DNA from: Candidatus Latescibacterota bacterium
Lineage (GTDB): Bacteria; Latescibacterota; UBA2968
Direction: 5' to 3'
Length of the DNA: 64,000 bases
Assembly (NCBI GenBank): GCA_965208125.1
Contig: OZ242320.1
Span: forward strand, 320,001 to 384,000
Shown in pieces: positions 1 to 9,818 of this stretch. Every line of letters begins with the position of its first letter. The first letter of the stretch is position 1. Under the pieces are notes generated by a model. It was not told the origin of the DNA, searched no databases, and was given only the letters and a program-made list of their open reading frames with translations. The translations under genes were made by a program, and so were the position numbers.

Positions 1-1
1 C

Positions 2-1633
2 CTGATCGCCGTACTCGCCAGCCCCTATTACAAAGCCACGCCGGAAAACCGATGGGCGGAATTTACCCACGAACACATCCAACCCTGGGCTGTACCCAGC
101 AATCGCGCGGGAGACATCACCAATTTGTGGGAAGGATTGCCAGCGCATCTCTCCACGCCCTATCACGTCTGGGCCGTGCCGCTCTTCTGGTGGTTCACAT
201 TTTTCTTCGCGCTATTCATCGCCTGTTTGTGCATCACCGTCATCTTGCGCAAACAATGGGTCGAACACGAACGCATCACCTTTCCCCTCGCGCAATTGCC
301 CATCCTGATGATCCGCGATACAGCATCGGGACAAATCGGATTTTTAAAAAACAAATTATTCTGGACGGGATTTGGCATCGGCGCATTCATCTTATCCTGG
401 AATATCCTGCCCCTCTTCTGGCACAATCTCCCAATCATACCCATTGGTCCCACCTACCGCACCGCCATCTCATTTGGGCACGACTTTCCCCCGCTACAAA
501 TCAAATTCAACTTTGTCATGGCGGCCTTTGGATATCTCACCAACCTCGAAGTCCTGCTCTCCATCTGGCTATTCCACATCCTCTCGCTCATCGAAATCGG
601 CGCATTAAACCGCTTTGGCATCACAGTGGGCAGAGACTTTGGCAGTGGCCTATTGCTACAGCAAGTCGGCGGCTTCATCGCATTTGCCCTGTTTGGCCTC
701 TTCATGGCGCGGCAGCACATTGGAACCGTCATCCGCGCACTCTGGCAACCCGATGCCCAGGACAAAACCGAACTCCTGTCTTACCGCACCGCAGTAATCG
801 GCCTGATCACCTCGCTCATTTATGCCAGTGCATGGATGTACGCGCTGGGCATTTCCCTATTGGGCATAGCAGTACAACTCGGCCTGCTCTTGATCTACTT
901 CATTGGCCTGGCCAAAATCGTCGCAGAAACCGGCCTGGTATATGTCGAAACCCCACTGCGAACCCAGGAACTAGCCGCTGCCGCGCTCGGCACAAACGTA
1001 CAAACCCCCGACCACGTCGGCATGGCCTTAGCAGCCAACAGCGTGGAAAGCCACCGCGAATACATCCTCCCATCGCTCACTCACACCGCCAAAATCCACG
1101 ACGTATTTCGCTGGCCGCGCAATCGCATGGTCGCGGCCCTAATGCTCGCCTTTATCATCGGCTTTGCCGTCTCAATTATCTATACCCTCAACCTCTGTTA
1201 CGGCGCGACCGGCGCCGCCAACATCCGCCACGTCTTTGTATTCGGCGGATACAGCCAGCGCATGTTTGACCGCGTCGTCTCCTGGGCATCGGAACCGACC
1301 TCTTTTGGCCGCGTTGAATGGCAATTCCTGACTGCTGGCGCACTCGGCACCCTGTTTTTGAGCCTCATGCGCCTGCGCTTTGCGTGGTGGCCCCTCCATC
1401 CCGTGGGATTTACAGTGGGATATGTCTATCCCGTCAGAGTCACCGCCTTCACCGTCTTTCTCATATGGGCATTCAAATCCATTGTATTGCGCATCGGCGG
1501 CATTCGGCTCTACCGCAATCTACAACCCTTCTTCATCGGCCTCTTAATCGGCTACACCCTCGGTGTCGGCCTTTCCACATTCGTAGATCACATCTACTTC
1601 CCCGGCAACGGCCACATGGTACATTCGTGGTAA
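2..1633 (+). CDS. DUF6785/DUF6784-type polytopic membrane protein (putative OPT-like transporter), 5' truncated by window edge
   Basis: Frame is open from position 2 (LIAVLASPYYKATPENRW...). Many TM helices; motifs RKQWVEHERITFPLAQLP and WWPLHPVGF; ends FPGNGH like the paralog at 7713-9641. Confidence 0.75.
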   Translation: MIAVLASPYYKATPENRWAEFTHEHIQPWAVPSNRAGDITNLWEGLPAHLSTPYHVWAVPLFWWFTFFFALFIACLCITVILRKQWVEHERITFPLAQLPILMIRDTASGQIGFLKNKLFWTGFGIGAFILSWNILPLFWHNLPIIPIGPTYRTAISFGHDFPPLQIKFNFVMAAFGYLTNLEVLLSIWLFHILSLIEIGALNRFGITVGRDFGSGLLLQQVGGFIAFALFGLFMARQHIGTVIRALWQPDAQDKTELLSYRTAVIGLITSLIYASAWMYALGISLLGIAVQLGLLLIYFIGLAKIVAETGLVYVETPLRTQELAAAALGTNVQTPDHVGMALAANSVESHREYILPSLTHTAKIHDVFRWPRNRMVAALMLAFIIGFAVSIIYTLNLCYGATGAANIRHVFVFGGYSQRMFDRVVSWASEPTSFGRVEWQFLTAGALGTLFLSLMRLRFAWWPLHPVGFTVGYVYPVRVTAFTVFLIWAFKSIVLRIGGIRLYRNLQPFFIGLLIGYTLGVGLSTFVDHIYFPGNGHMVHSW

Positions 1634-1636
1634 GTT

Positions 1637-1670
1637 AAAAGGGTCGCCATCGCGCGATGACAACCCCTTT
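1637..1670. terminator. Probable bidirectional intrinsic terminator
   Basis: AAAAGGGTCGCCATCG-CG-CGATGACAACCCCTTT imperfect hairpin between convergent stop codons. Confidence 0.55.
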
Positions 1671-1674
1671 CAAT

Positions 1675-3183
1675 TCAAGACGGTTCTCGCAGAGCCTGTT
1701 CCCGGACAGTATTTACATACGGATGCCCCGTCTCCTCCAACCAGCTCAAAATGCGGTCTCGCATCAATGCGGCCTGCGCGCGATCTCGATACGCCAGATT
1801 GTGTTCCTCATGGGGATCAGCCGCCAGATTGTAAAGCTCGTCCAAATCGCGCACGTCACCGCTCAGAGGCTTCCAATTCAGCACAAACTTCCACGATCCC
1901 TGCCTGATCATCACACCGCGATTCATCAAATCCGTAAAAATCTCTTCCCGCGCAACATCGCGCTCGCCCCGCAAAATACCGCCTATACTCTCACCATCCA
2001 CCCCCTCGGGAATATCCACACCCGCCAGATCCAGCAGCGTGGGCATCACATCCACACTGCTATTCAAAGAAGTATTCACAGACCCCGCCTCAATTCGCTC
2101 GGGCCACCGCACCAAACACGGCACCTTCATCAACGTATCATACCCACAATACGTCAACTTATACACCATGCCAAACTGCCCCACCATATCGCCGTGATCC
2201 GACACAAACATCACAATCGTATTCTCCGCCTGCCCATTGGCATCCAGCGCATTGAGCACCCGCTCAACTTGTGCGTCGATATAACTCACATACCCCCAAT
2301 AACGCCGAACATAATCTCGCACTTCATCTCTCGACCAGACATCGCGCACATAAGTACGGGCATTATCCCATTGAAAACGCGGCTTATCCTCCAATGGCGC
2401 ATCGTAATTATCGGGCAGGGCTACATCGTCCAAATCGTACATAGAATCCCAGGGTTCAGGCGGGCAAACGGGCAAATGCGGTCCGTAAAAAGACAGCACC
2501 GCACAAAATGGATTATCCCGATTGGCATTGAGAAACGACACCATCTCATCGGCAAAAAAGTGCGCCATGTGGTGATTCTCCCCCAACAAACTCACACTGT
2601 GCTCCCGGTCCGGGGCACTCGGCGCTGCCTGATGATTGCCCACGCGAGGCGCATTTTTAACCTCATCGGGCAAATCAGTCGTCTGCAAATACGCTTTGAA
2701 ATGCCTCCAGCCTCCAATCCAGTGATCAAATCCACTGCGAGATTCATCCTCGCCCGTACCGCCCTCCACCTGTACAAACTCAAAATCGCGCGCACTATCT
2801 ACCCGTTTTTGCACCCAGCAATCGTCAAACGGACCGCGTCCTGAAAGCCCGCGATACATATTTCCCCCCAAATGCCACTTGCCAACCCACGCGGTTTGAT
2901 AGCCCGCATCGCGAAATGTATTGCCAATTGACGGCAACCCGTCATCCAGTTCCACATTATTGGTCACCACCCCGTGGTTGTGCGTATAGCGCCCGGTCAA
3001 ATACGTCGCCCGAGACGGCGTACACGGAAACGCCGCAATATAAAAATTGTCAAACCGCATGCCCTCGCGTGCCAGGCGGTCTTGTGCGGGTGTTTGAACA
3101 ACCGAATTGCCATAACAACCGATAGTCGATACCGGTTGCTGATCCGTCATAATCAAAAGCACATTTGGACGATCACCGGACAT
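1675..3183 (-). CDS. Sulfatase (formylglycine-dependent, Cys type)
   Basis: PNVLLIMTDQQ, CTPSRATYLTGRY (CxPxR), GKWHLG, SDHGD. ATG at 3183 is preceded by GGAGGAGGGG. Confidence 0.9.
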   Translation of the reverse strand: MSGDRPNVLLIMTDQQPVSTIGCYGNSVVQTPAQDRLAREGMRFDNFYIAAFPCTPSRATYLTGRYTHNHGVVTNNVELDDGLPSIGNTFRDAGYQTAWVGKWHLGGNMYRGLSGRGPFDDCWVQKRVDSARDFEFVQVEGGTGEDESRSGFDHWIGGWRHFKAYLQTTDLPDEVKNAPRVGNHQAAPSAPDREHSVSLLGENHHMAHFFADEMVSFLNANRDNPFCAVLSFYGPHLPVCPPEPWDSMYDLDDVALPDNYDAPLEDKPRFQWDNARTYVRDVWSRDEVRDYVRRYWGYVSYIDAQVERVLNALDANGQAENTIVMFVSDHGDMVGQFGMVYKLTYCGYDTLMKVPCLVRWPERIEAGSVNTSLNSSVDVMPTLLDLAGVDIPEGVDGESIGGILRGERDVAREEIFTDLMNRGVMIRQGSWKFVLNWKPLSGDVRDLDELYNLAADPHEEHNLAYRDRAQAALMRDRILSWLEETGHPYVNTVREQALREPS

Positions 3184-3200
3184 TGTATAATCCCCTCCTC

Positions 3201-4271
3201 CTACCCCAAAAACTTCAGGCAAACGGGCATAGGCACTTCCGCGACATGCCCTGTCTCTGTCAATTTCCCGGTCTCGCGGTCGATGGCAAAAGAAACAATC
3301 GTATCGCTGCTTTGATTCTCCGCCAGCAAGAAATTGCCATCGGGCGAAAGCGCGATATTGCGCGGCGTTTCTCCACCAGTGGAGTGAATATCGACCGGCG
3401 TCAAATGACCGCTGGACTCATCAACAGCAAAAATAGCGACACTATCGTGCCCGCGATTTGACCCATACACAAACTTGCCATCGGATGAAACGTGAACATC
3501 CGCCGTATGGCTCGTATCTGAAAAATCGCCTGGCAACGTGGCGATGGATTGCAACTCGGTCAACGCGCCCGTCTCTGCATCATAGGCGTAAGCATTGACA
3601 GTATTACCGATTTCATTGATCAGATAAGCGTATTGTCCCCCCGGGTGAAAAGCAAAATGGCGCGGTCCCTCACCCGGCGCAACAGATACCGATGGCGGAT
3701 CATTAGCAAGGAGTTTGCCGTTCTCGAGATCGAGCTCAAAAATCAACACCTTGTCCAAACCGAGATCGGCAACATAAACCCGTTTGTTATCCGGCGAAAT
3801 ATTCGCAGAATGGGCGTGGGGACCCTGCTGCCGTTGCGGATTGACACTACTGCCCTCGTGCTGAATAAAATCCGACGCTTCGCCCAACGCACCATCTTCC
3901 CCAATAGGCAAAATACAGGTGCTACCCCCACCGTAATTTGCCACCACAGCATAGCGACCCGTCGCATCGATATTCAAATGACAGGGACCAGTGCCTACTG
4001 TCGATTGACGGTTGATAAACGCGAGATCTGCGGCTTCTGCATCAATAGCATAAGTGCTAATCGCCCCCGCGCTCTCGCCATTGTATTCACTGATCTCATT
4101 GACCGCATAGAGAAACCGCCCATTGGGATGAATGGCGAGAAATGTCGGATTCTCACTCTCGATGCTATTCGCCGGGACGAGTTCACCGGTCTCGGTATTG
4201 AATCGGTGAACGTAAATACCCTTGCTCCCAGTGCGGGTATAGGTACCGATAAAAGCGATGATATTGCTCAT
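3201..4271 (-). CDS. pgl: 6-phosphogluconolactonase (beta-propeller lactonase family)
   Basis: FIGTYT, ANYGGGS, RQQGPHAH, DLGLD, GPRHFAFHP, SNRGHDS motifs. Confidence 0.85.
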   Translation of the reverse strand: MSNIIAFIGTYTRTGSKGIYVHRFNTETGELVPANSIESENPTFLAIHPNGRFLYAVNEISEYNGESAGAISTYAIDAEAADLAFINRQSTVGTGPCHLNIDATGRYAVVANYGGGSTCILPIGEDGALGEASDFIQHEGSSVNPQRQQGPHAHSANISPDNKRVYVADLGLDKVLIFELDLENGKLLANDPPSVSVAPGEGPRHFAFHPGGQYAYLINEIGNTVNAYAYDAETGALTELQSIATLPGDFSDTSHTADVHVSSDGKFVYGSNRGHDSVAIFAVDESSGHLTPVDIHSTGGETPRNIALSPDGNFLLAENQSSDTIVSFAIDRETGKLTETGHVAEVPMPVCLKFLG

Positions 4272-4283
4272 AGAAAATCTCCT

Positions 4284-5378
4284 TTAGTGACTCAAAATAT
4301 CGACGACCATATCGCCAAAATCACTGGTCGAAAGAACATTCTTCGGATCGGTTATTTCTGAGGCGAGTTCAGAAGTGGCATATCCTCTCTCGAGAATATC
4401 GAACATAGCGTTCCACAAAGCATCGGACTCCTCTTTGAGACCCAGACATTTATCCAGCAAAAATGCAATACTGCCAATCATCGAATAGGGATTGGCGATA
4501 TTTTGACCCGCGATATCGGGTGCCGAACCGTGCGCCGGTTCCACATAGCCCTTTTCTGGCCCCATACACGCCGAAGGCATCAAACCGAGAGAACCGAGCA
4601 AACCACCCGCCTGATCGGTCAAAATATCGCCCTGCATATTTTCCAAAAGCATAACCCCATTGAATTGCGTGGGATCTCTGACGAGTTGAAAAGCTGCGTT
4701 ATCGACGATAATCGACACGTATTCGACATCGTCGTATTCTTTTGCCATATCTTCGATAATCGCATCCCAAAGCCGGGATGTCGCCAGCACATTCGATTTG
4801 TGAACATGGGTCATCCTGGTGCCGAGACGTCGGGCTTCGTCAAACGCAACCGTTCCAATAGCGCGCACCTGCTCTTCGGTATAAACACAATCGTCACGCG
4901 CGTATTTCATACCCGTAGCAGTACCTTCTTCTTTCTCCCCAAAATAAATACCACCCACCAGTTCCCGAATCATGAGAATATCAATACCCTCTCCAACGAC
5001 GCTATCGCGCAGGGGAGAAAATGACGCGAGGGACTTCGGCAGCCTGACCGGACGATAATTGGCATACGTATTGAAACGCTTTCGCAAAGGCAGAATAGCA
5101 CCGAGTTCCGGACGCAACTCCTGGGGAATTTTCTTCGTCTCTTCAATGGAAAGCCCCACTGGACCTTTGATAATCGCGTCTGCCCGATCACACAGGGCTT
5201 TTGTCTCATCGGGAAACGGACTGCCCTCGTCAAAATACGACGCCGCACCAAAAGGCGCGTATTCCAGCACAAACTCGTGATCGAACTTCTTTTCAATCGT
5301 GCGAAGAGCTTTAATCCCTTCGCGCATAATCTCTGGCCCAATGCCATCGCCTTCAAGCACGGCGAGGGTTTTTTTCAT
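4284..5378 (-). CDS. leuB: 3-isopropylmalate dehydrogenase
   Basis: GDGIGPE, RPELGAILPLRK, RELVGGIYFG, HKSNVL, EPAHGSAPDIAG. Confidence 0.85.
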   Translation of the reverse strand: MKKTLAVLEGDGIGPEIMREGIKALRTIEKKFDHEFVLEYAPFGAASYFDEGSPFPDETKALCDRADAIIKGPVGLSIEETKKIPQELRPELGAILPLRKRFNTYANYRPVRLPKSLASFSPLRDSVVGEGIDILMIRELVGGIYFGEKEEGTATGMKYARDDCVYTEEQVRAIGTVAFDEARRLGTRMTHVHKSNVLATSRLWDAIIEDMAKEYDDVEYVSIIVDNAAFQLVRDPTQFNGVMLLENMQGDILTDQAGGLLGSLGLMPSACMGPEKGYVEPAHGSAPDIAGQNIANPYSMIGSIAFLLDKCLGLKEESDALWNAMFDILERGYATSELASEITDPKNVLSTSDFGDMVVDILSH

Positions 5379-5393
5379 AATAAACCTTTCTGT

Positions 5394-5436
5394 TTAATAA
5401 TTAAAAATTGGTGGTCTTCACCCTTCTCACTTCACA
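5394..5436 (-). repeat. Composite heptamer repeat overlapping the nagB 3' end
   Basis: Minus strand reads TGTGAAG TGAGAAG GGTGAAG accac CAATTTT TAATTAT TAA, the same layout as 34768-34823. Confidence 0.55.
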
Positions 5437-6168
5437 GGCCGCTTCTCTATCTAAAATAAACGTACAATCCGAATGTGTCTGTAAAAAACTCGCAGGGCAG
5501 GCCGGATGTGGGACACCCTGAACAGCGCGGGCAATCGCTTTCGCCTTATCCTTACCTGTCGCCAAAAGAAGAATCCGCCTCGCCTCACAAATCGTGGCAA
5601 TCCCCGCAGTGAGCGCTTGTTTGGGCACATCTTCAACATGCTCGAAAAAGCGACTATTCGCCGCAATCGTACTCTCGGTCAAATCGACCAGACGGGTGCG
5701 AGAATCGGGCGCACTACCTGGCTCGTTGAAAGCAATATGTCCATTGCGACCAATGCCGAGCAACCACAAATCCACACCGCCACACGCCCGTATCCTGTTC
5801 TCAAAAGCCTCGCACTCGAGATCGGCATCCACTGCCATGCCATTGGGTACATGCGTATTCCACACTTGAATATCGGTACCCGCAAAAAACGTGTGATTCA
5901 TAAAATGGCGATAACTCTGCGGGTGCGTACCATCAAGCCCCCAGTACTCATCGAGATTAAAAGTAGTCAAACGCGAAAAACTCAGACCCTCCCGATTCAT
6001 CCGCACGAGTTCGGCATACGTTCTCACCGGCGTTGACCCCGTTGCCAAACCCAGCACTGCATCTGGCTTCTGGCGAATAAACGCGGCAATTTCCGATGCA
6101 GCGGCGCGGGCCACATCGTCGGGCGTATCGCAAATTTTCACTTGAATAGGCATAGAATCAGAAATCAC
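5401..6168 (-). CDS. nagB: Glucosamine-6-phosphate deaminase
   Basis: LGLATGSTP, TFNLDEY, LGIGRNGHIAFNEPG, PASFLQTH. Start is GTG 6168 or ATG 6153. Confidence 0.9.
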   Translation of the reverse strand: MISDSMPIQVKICDTPDDVARAAASEIAAFIRQKPDAVLGLATGSTPVRTYAELVRMNREGLSFSRLTTFNLDEYWGLDGTHPQSYRHFMNHTFFAGTDIQVWNTHVPNGMAVDADLECEAFENRIRACGGVDLWLLGIGRNGHIAFNEPGSAPDSRTRLVDLTESTIAANSRFFEHVEDVPKQALTAGIATICEARRILLLATGKDKAKAIARAVQGVPHPACPASFLQTHSDCTFILDREAACEVRRVKTTNF

Positions 6169-7709
6169 GCTCGGCGCAGCACCTGGCCGGGCAACGCACC
6201 TGTGGGTTCCCCATTGGCAATGACGGACTGGCCATTGACAAAAACGTGCGAAATACCGACTGGCGGCAGCGTGGGATTTTCAAAAGTAGATCTCGCAGCC
6301 ACCGTATCGGGATCAAAAATAACGAGATCCGCGGCTTTGCCCACAGCGAGTTCGCCCCGATCGGGGATATTGAAACGCTGTGCGGGAAAACCGCTCATCT
6401 TGTAGATCGCTTCCTCAAAAGTCAACAACTCGCGCTCGCGCACAAAATGACCCAGCACGCGCGCAAAACACCCAAAACCCCGCGGATGCGGATGCGGAAT
6501 ATTAAAAATACCATCACTGGCAATCATCATACGCGGATGAATAGCTGTGCGCGTCACAGTCTGCTCAGCGACTTCGGGATCAACCTGCCACGGAAAAATA
6601 ACAGCATGATCTTCGCGCTCCCGAAGCATCAGATCGTAGGCAAAATCTTCGACAGATATATTTGCCTGCGCCGCGAGATCGCACAGGCGTTCTCCCGTGT
6701 ATTTGCCCGAGCCAGTGTAACCCACGATTTGATCGCCGCGCCCGAGCCAGGTCTTGAGTTCGACGACGGACTCGGCGCGAATCCCCGGGTCTTCAAGACG
6801 CGCATTGACCTCATCCGGGCTACCGACCTGAAATTTCATAGGCAACATCATGTACAAATGCGTCATCCCGGCTGGATAGAGATAAGACTCAAAAGTCAGA
6901 TCGATATCTTCGCGCTCGATTCTCTCCAGCAAATCGGCATTCTCGTCGTTGACCCGCTCGTGCGAGATGTGAACCGGGATATTTGCAGCGCGGAAAAGAG
7001 CGATCGTCTCTTCCCATGCGGCAACGCGCCCAATCGTGTGATAGCGCACATGAGCCGCGTAAATACCCCCGTATTCCGCTGCGACTTTGCAAAGCGCAAC
7101 AAGCTCCCGAAAATCCGCATTGGCACTCGGCTGATAATCGAGACCCAGATTGAGCGCGCCGGCCCCCGCCTCCATCCATTGGCGCGTGAGATCCGACATC
7201 TGTGCAATCTCATCATCTGTTGCCGATCGCGCATCCCACCCACATGCAGACAGGCGAACCGCACAATGGGGGACTTGCGGATACACATTTGCCGCGCTGT
7301 TATTGGGAAAGAGACACAGATAATCCTCAGGCGTTTGCCAGCCAATCGGAATATCGACCTCGCCAACGGAAAAGCGCGTATATGTCCACAATTCGCGCGT
7401 GCGCTCGGGCGACAGCCCCGTCCACCCAAACCCATCGGGCGTCAGAAGTTGCGTGGTAATACCCTGCTGCACTTCCGCATAGCGATGAACACCCGTGAGA
7501 AGCGCAATTTCCGAATGAACATGCACATCGATAAAACCGGGACAGACAATATGTCCCGTCGCATCAATAACCGTATCGGCCTCTGCCTGAGACAAATCGC
7601 CAATGGCCTCAATGCGATCTCTGCAAATGCCAACATCCGTCTGAAAACCGGGCGTTCGCCCTGTACCGTCAATTACTGTGCCATTGCAAATGAGCAGATC
7701 AAAAACCAT
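6165..7709 (-). CDS. N-acyl-D-amino-acid deacylase (amidohydrolase family)
   Basis: VIDGTG, PGFIDVHVHSE, IASDG, PHPRGFGCFARVLG, GKAADLVIFDP. Confidence 0.85.
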   Translation of the reverse strand: MVFDLLICNGTVIDGTGRTPGFQTDVGICRDRIEAIGDLSQAEADTVIDATGHIVCPGFIDVHVHSEIALLTGVHRYAEVQQGITTQLLTPDGFGWTGLSPERTRELWTYTRFSVGEVDIPIGWQTPEDYLCLFPNNSAANVYPQVPHCAVRLSACGWDARSATDDEIAQMSDLTRQWMEAGAGALNLGLDYQPSANADFRELVALCKVAAEYGGIYAAHVRYHTIGRVAAWEETIALFRAANIPVHISHERVNDENADLLERIEREDIDLTFESYLYPAGMTHLYMMLPMKFQVGSPDEVNARLEDPGIRAESVVELKTWLGRGDQIVGYTGSGKYTGERLCDLAAQANISVEDFAYDLMLREREDHAVIFPWQVDPEVAEQTVTRTAIHPRMMIASDGIFNIPHPHPRGFGCFARVLGHFVRERELLTFEEAIYKMSGFPAQRFNIPDRGELAVGKAADLVIFDPDTVAARSTFENPTLPPVGISHVFVNGQSVIANGEPTGALPGQVLRRA

Positions 7710-7712
7710 TTT

Positions 7713-9641
7713 CTACCACCTGTTGAGTTTGTGGCCATTGCCCGGGAAAAAAAGCGCATCTACAACAACGCCCAATGCAATACCGGCAATTTGACCAGCG
7801 AGCATCCCCAGAAACAAAGGCGCAATTTTGCGATAGTATTCAAGACCGCCAAATTTGAGCACGAGCGTTTTGATCGCCCAGCTAAAGAAAATAGAAAAAA
7901 AGCTACTCCGCAAGACACCCGACGATGAAATCGTGAACCCAATCGGATGAATTGGAAAATGGGGAAAGCGATAGCGAATATAGAGCAAAATACCTGTAAA
8001 AACGGCACCAATACCCAAAAAACGCACGCGATTCCAGTCCGTACTCATCGTCCCTGCGTGTACGCGGTTGGCGGTATAAGTCCACGAACCCACGGCACCG
8101 TCACCAGACCCATTAAAACTAACCACCCCAAAATTATAGCTGCCAATACCGTAATAGCCCTGATATAGGGTAAAAGCAATAACAGTGGTCGCGCCGATCA
8201 AGGCACCAGCTGCAATCGCGGGAACAAAAGCGCGGCGGCGTTCGGCGGGCACAACCGCGGCCAGACGCGGGACATGTGCAAGCGTTGTAATCGCAAATGT
8301 CTTGGCATCGCAAAAAAATGTATAAGTCAACCCCAGGGCAACAGCACTCGGCGCCCCCATACCCGCAATACCCAGCACATGCCAGGTAAATGCCTGAGCG
8401 GTAATAGGACCGCGTAAAAAAACCAGACCGCTTTCGGCAATAATATGCGAAAGACCGAGATAGAGAATCAGCGTAGCACCCCAAAAGGTGAGTAAAGTAA
8501 GGGCATTCATACCCGATTGCACGAGAAAAAAGATCGTGTACACACTACACAAGATCAAAATAATAAATGCCGTGCGATAGGACAAAAGTTCTCCCGCATC
8601 ATCTATTTGTGCATTGCGAGACCAGACTTTGCGCCATACATTGCGCAAATGTGCGCGCGCCATCCACAGCCTCCATAGAACGAGAATAATAAAACCGCCA
8701 AAACTCTGCCACCCAATCGCCGGGGCCATAGAACACCACATATCGGAACCGCCAAAATCCAATCCAAAACGATTAAAAATACCAACCTGAAGAATGGCGA
8801 GCAGGTGAAAAAACCAGATGCTGTACAACACATCTGATTTCGTGAAATAGGCAAATGCAATAGTCATCGGCTGAAAGAGAAACCACAGTGGAGGAAAACC
8901 GCGTCCGATGGGGATATTGATCTGCCTCATAACATCCAGACGGGGCAAAGCCGTAATGAACCATGAAGCGACATTCCAGCAAAAAACGCCAAAAATGAGT
9001 GCAAATCCAATCTGAAAAAAGCGCGAGCGAACAAGGTTGGCAAACGCATCTTTTGAATCATCCGTACCAGTCAGTTCGAGAAGTGCCGTGGCAATGGGAA
9101 AAGAGAGCCGTTCGTGCTCCATCCATTGTTTGCGTAAAAGAATAACCACACAGAAATTGGCGAGAAATACAGCACCCAGAAAAAGGACCCAGCCGGGAAA
9201 AAGTGCGATCCACGCATCCCAGGGAAAAGGGGCGCCGGGCGGTAGCCCTTCGTAAAACCCCGTAGCCGCAGCGCGGTCTGTCAGCACATTCCACTCGGTA
9301 AAATGTGGCCACAGCCTTTCATCCCACATATTCTGCGTTGAAGCAAAATAAATAGGCGCAGTAACAACACCGAGAAAATAACCCGAAAGCCACTCGCCTT
9401 GCATATTGGCAGCCACCATGCCAATGCTACATATCGCGATAAGTTCAAAGAATGAGAGACCCCTGAACCTGCGCGAAAAAAAATGGTTGAAAGCAAGCAA
9501 CGCCAAAAAGGGAATGAGAAAAGCCACAGACAAATGGGCAAAATCCGCGCGAGAAGAACGCAGAATCAGGCTACTATACGCAGGCCAAAAATTCACCCAA
9601 ACAGATAGGCAAAGGCCGATAATGATCGCGCGAATGGTCAT
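7713..9641 (-). CDS. DUF6785/DUF6784-type polytopic membrane protein
   Basis: MTIRAIIIG start, RKQWMEHERLSFPIA, FPIHPIGF, C-terminal FPGNGH; paralog of 2-1633. Confidence 0.75.
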   Translation of the reverse strand: MTIRAIIIGLCLSVWVNFWPAYSSLILRSSRADFAHLSVAFLIPFLALLAFNHFFSRRFRGLSFFELIAICSIGMVAANMQGEWLSGYFLGVVTAPIYFASTQNMWDERLWPHFTEWNVLTDRAAATGFYEGLPPGAPFPWDAWIALFPGWVLFLGAVFLANFCVVILLRKQWMEHERLSFPIATALLELTGTDDSKDAFANLVRSRFFQIGFALIFGVFCWNVASWFITALPRLDVMRQINIPIGRGFPPLWFLFQPMTIAFAYFTKSDVLYSIWFFHLLAILQVGIFNRFGLDFGGSDMWCSMAPAIGWQSFGGFIILVLWRLWMARAHLRNVWRKVWSRNAQIDDAGELLSYRTAFIILILCSVYTIFFLVQSGMNALTLLTFWGATLILYLGLSHIIAESGLVFLRGPITAQAFTWHVLGIAGMGAPSAVALGLTYTFFCDAKTFAITTLAHVPRLAAVVPAERRRAFVPAIAAGALIGATTVIAFTLYQGYYGIGSYNFGVVSFNGSGDGAVGSWTYTANRVHAGTMSTDWNRVRFLGIGAVFTGILLYIRYRFPHFPIHPIGFTISSSGVLRSSFFSIFFSWAIKTLVLKFGGLEYYRKIAPLFLGMLAGQIAGIALGVVVDALFFPGNGHKLNRW

Positions 9642-9680
9642 GGGGCACCGAAATATGAAAAACAAAAAAAATGGGCGTCT

Positions 9681-9709
9681 ATGATAACACCGAGAACCGT
9701 CTCGGTCAA
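9681..9709 (-). promoter_or_regulatory. Sigma70-type promoter for the leftward operon, with a palindrome in the spacer
   Basis: Minus strand TTGACC-17 nt-TATCAT; inverted repeat ACCGAGA-N4-TCTCGGT at 9689-9706. Confidence 0.6.
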
Positions 9710-9742
9710 GCTACGTACTATTATTATTCCCGTTCCGACATC

Positions 9743-9771
9743 TTGACATGGGAGAAATGGCGACTTATCAT
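9743..9771 (+). promoter_or_regulatory. Sigma70-type promoter for the rightward operon
   Basis: TTGACA (9743-48), 17 nt, TATCAT (9766-71). Confidence 0.7.
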
Positions 9772-9818
9772 GAGCGTCCCATCATTCATAGAGTATTACA
9801 CATAGCCGAGGCTTATTT

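Noticed and set aside
1657-2844. 395-aa plus-strand ORF (also 52-1269, 3549-4361, 6246-7928, 46562-47422)
   Set aside because: Antisense or off-frame shadows of well-supported genes; no motifs and an atypical R/H/I-rich composition.
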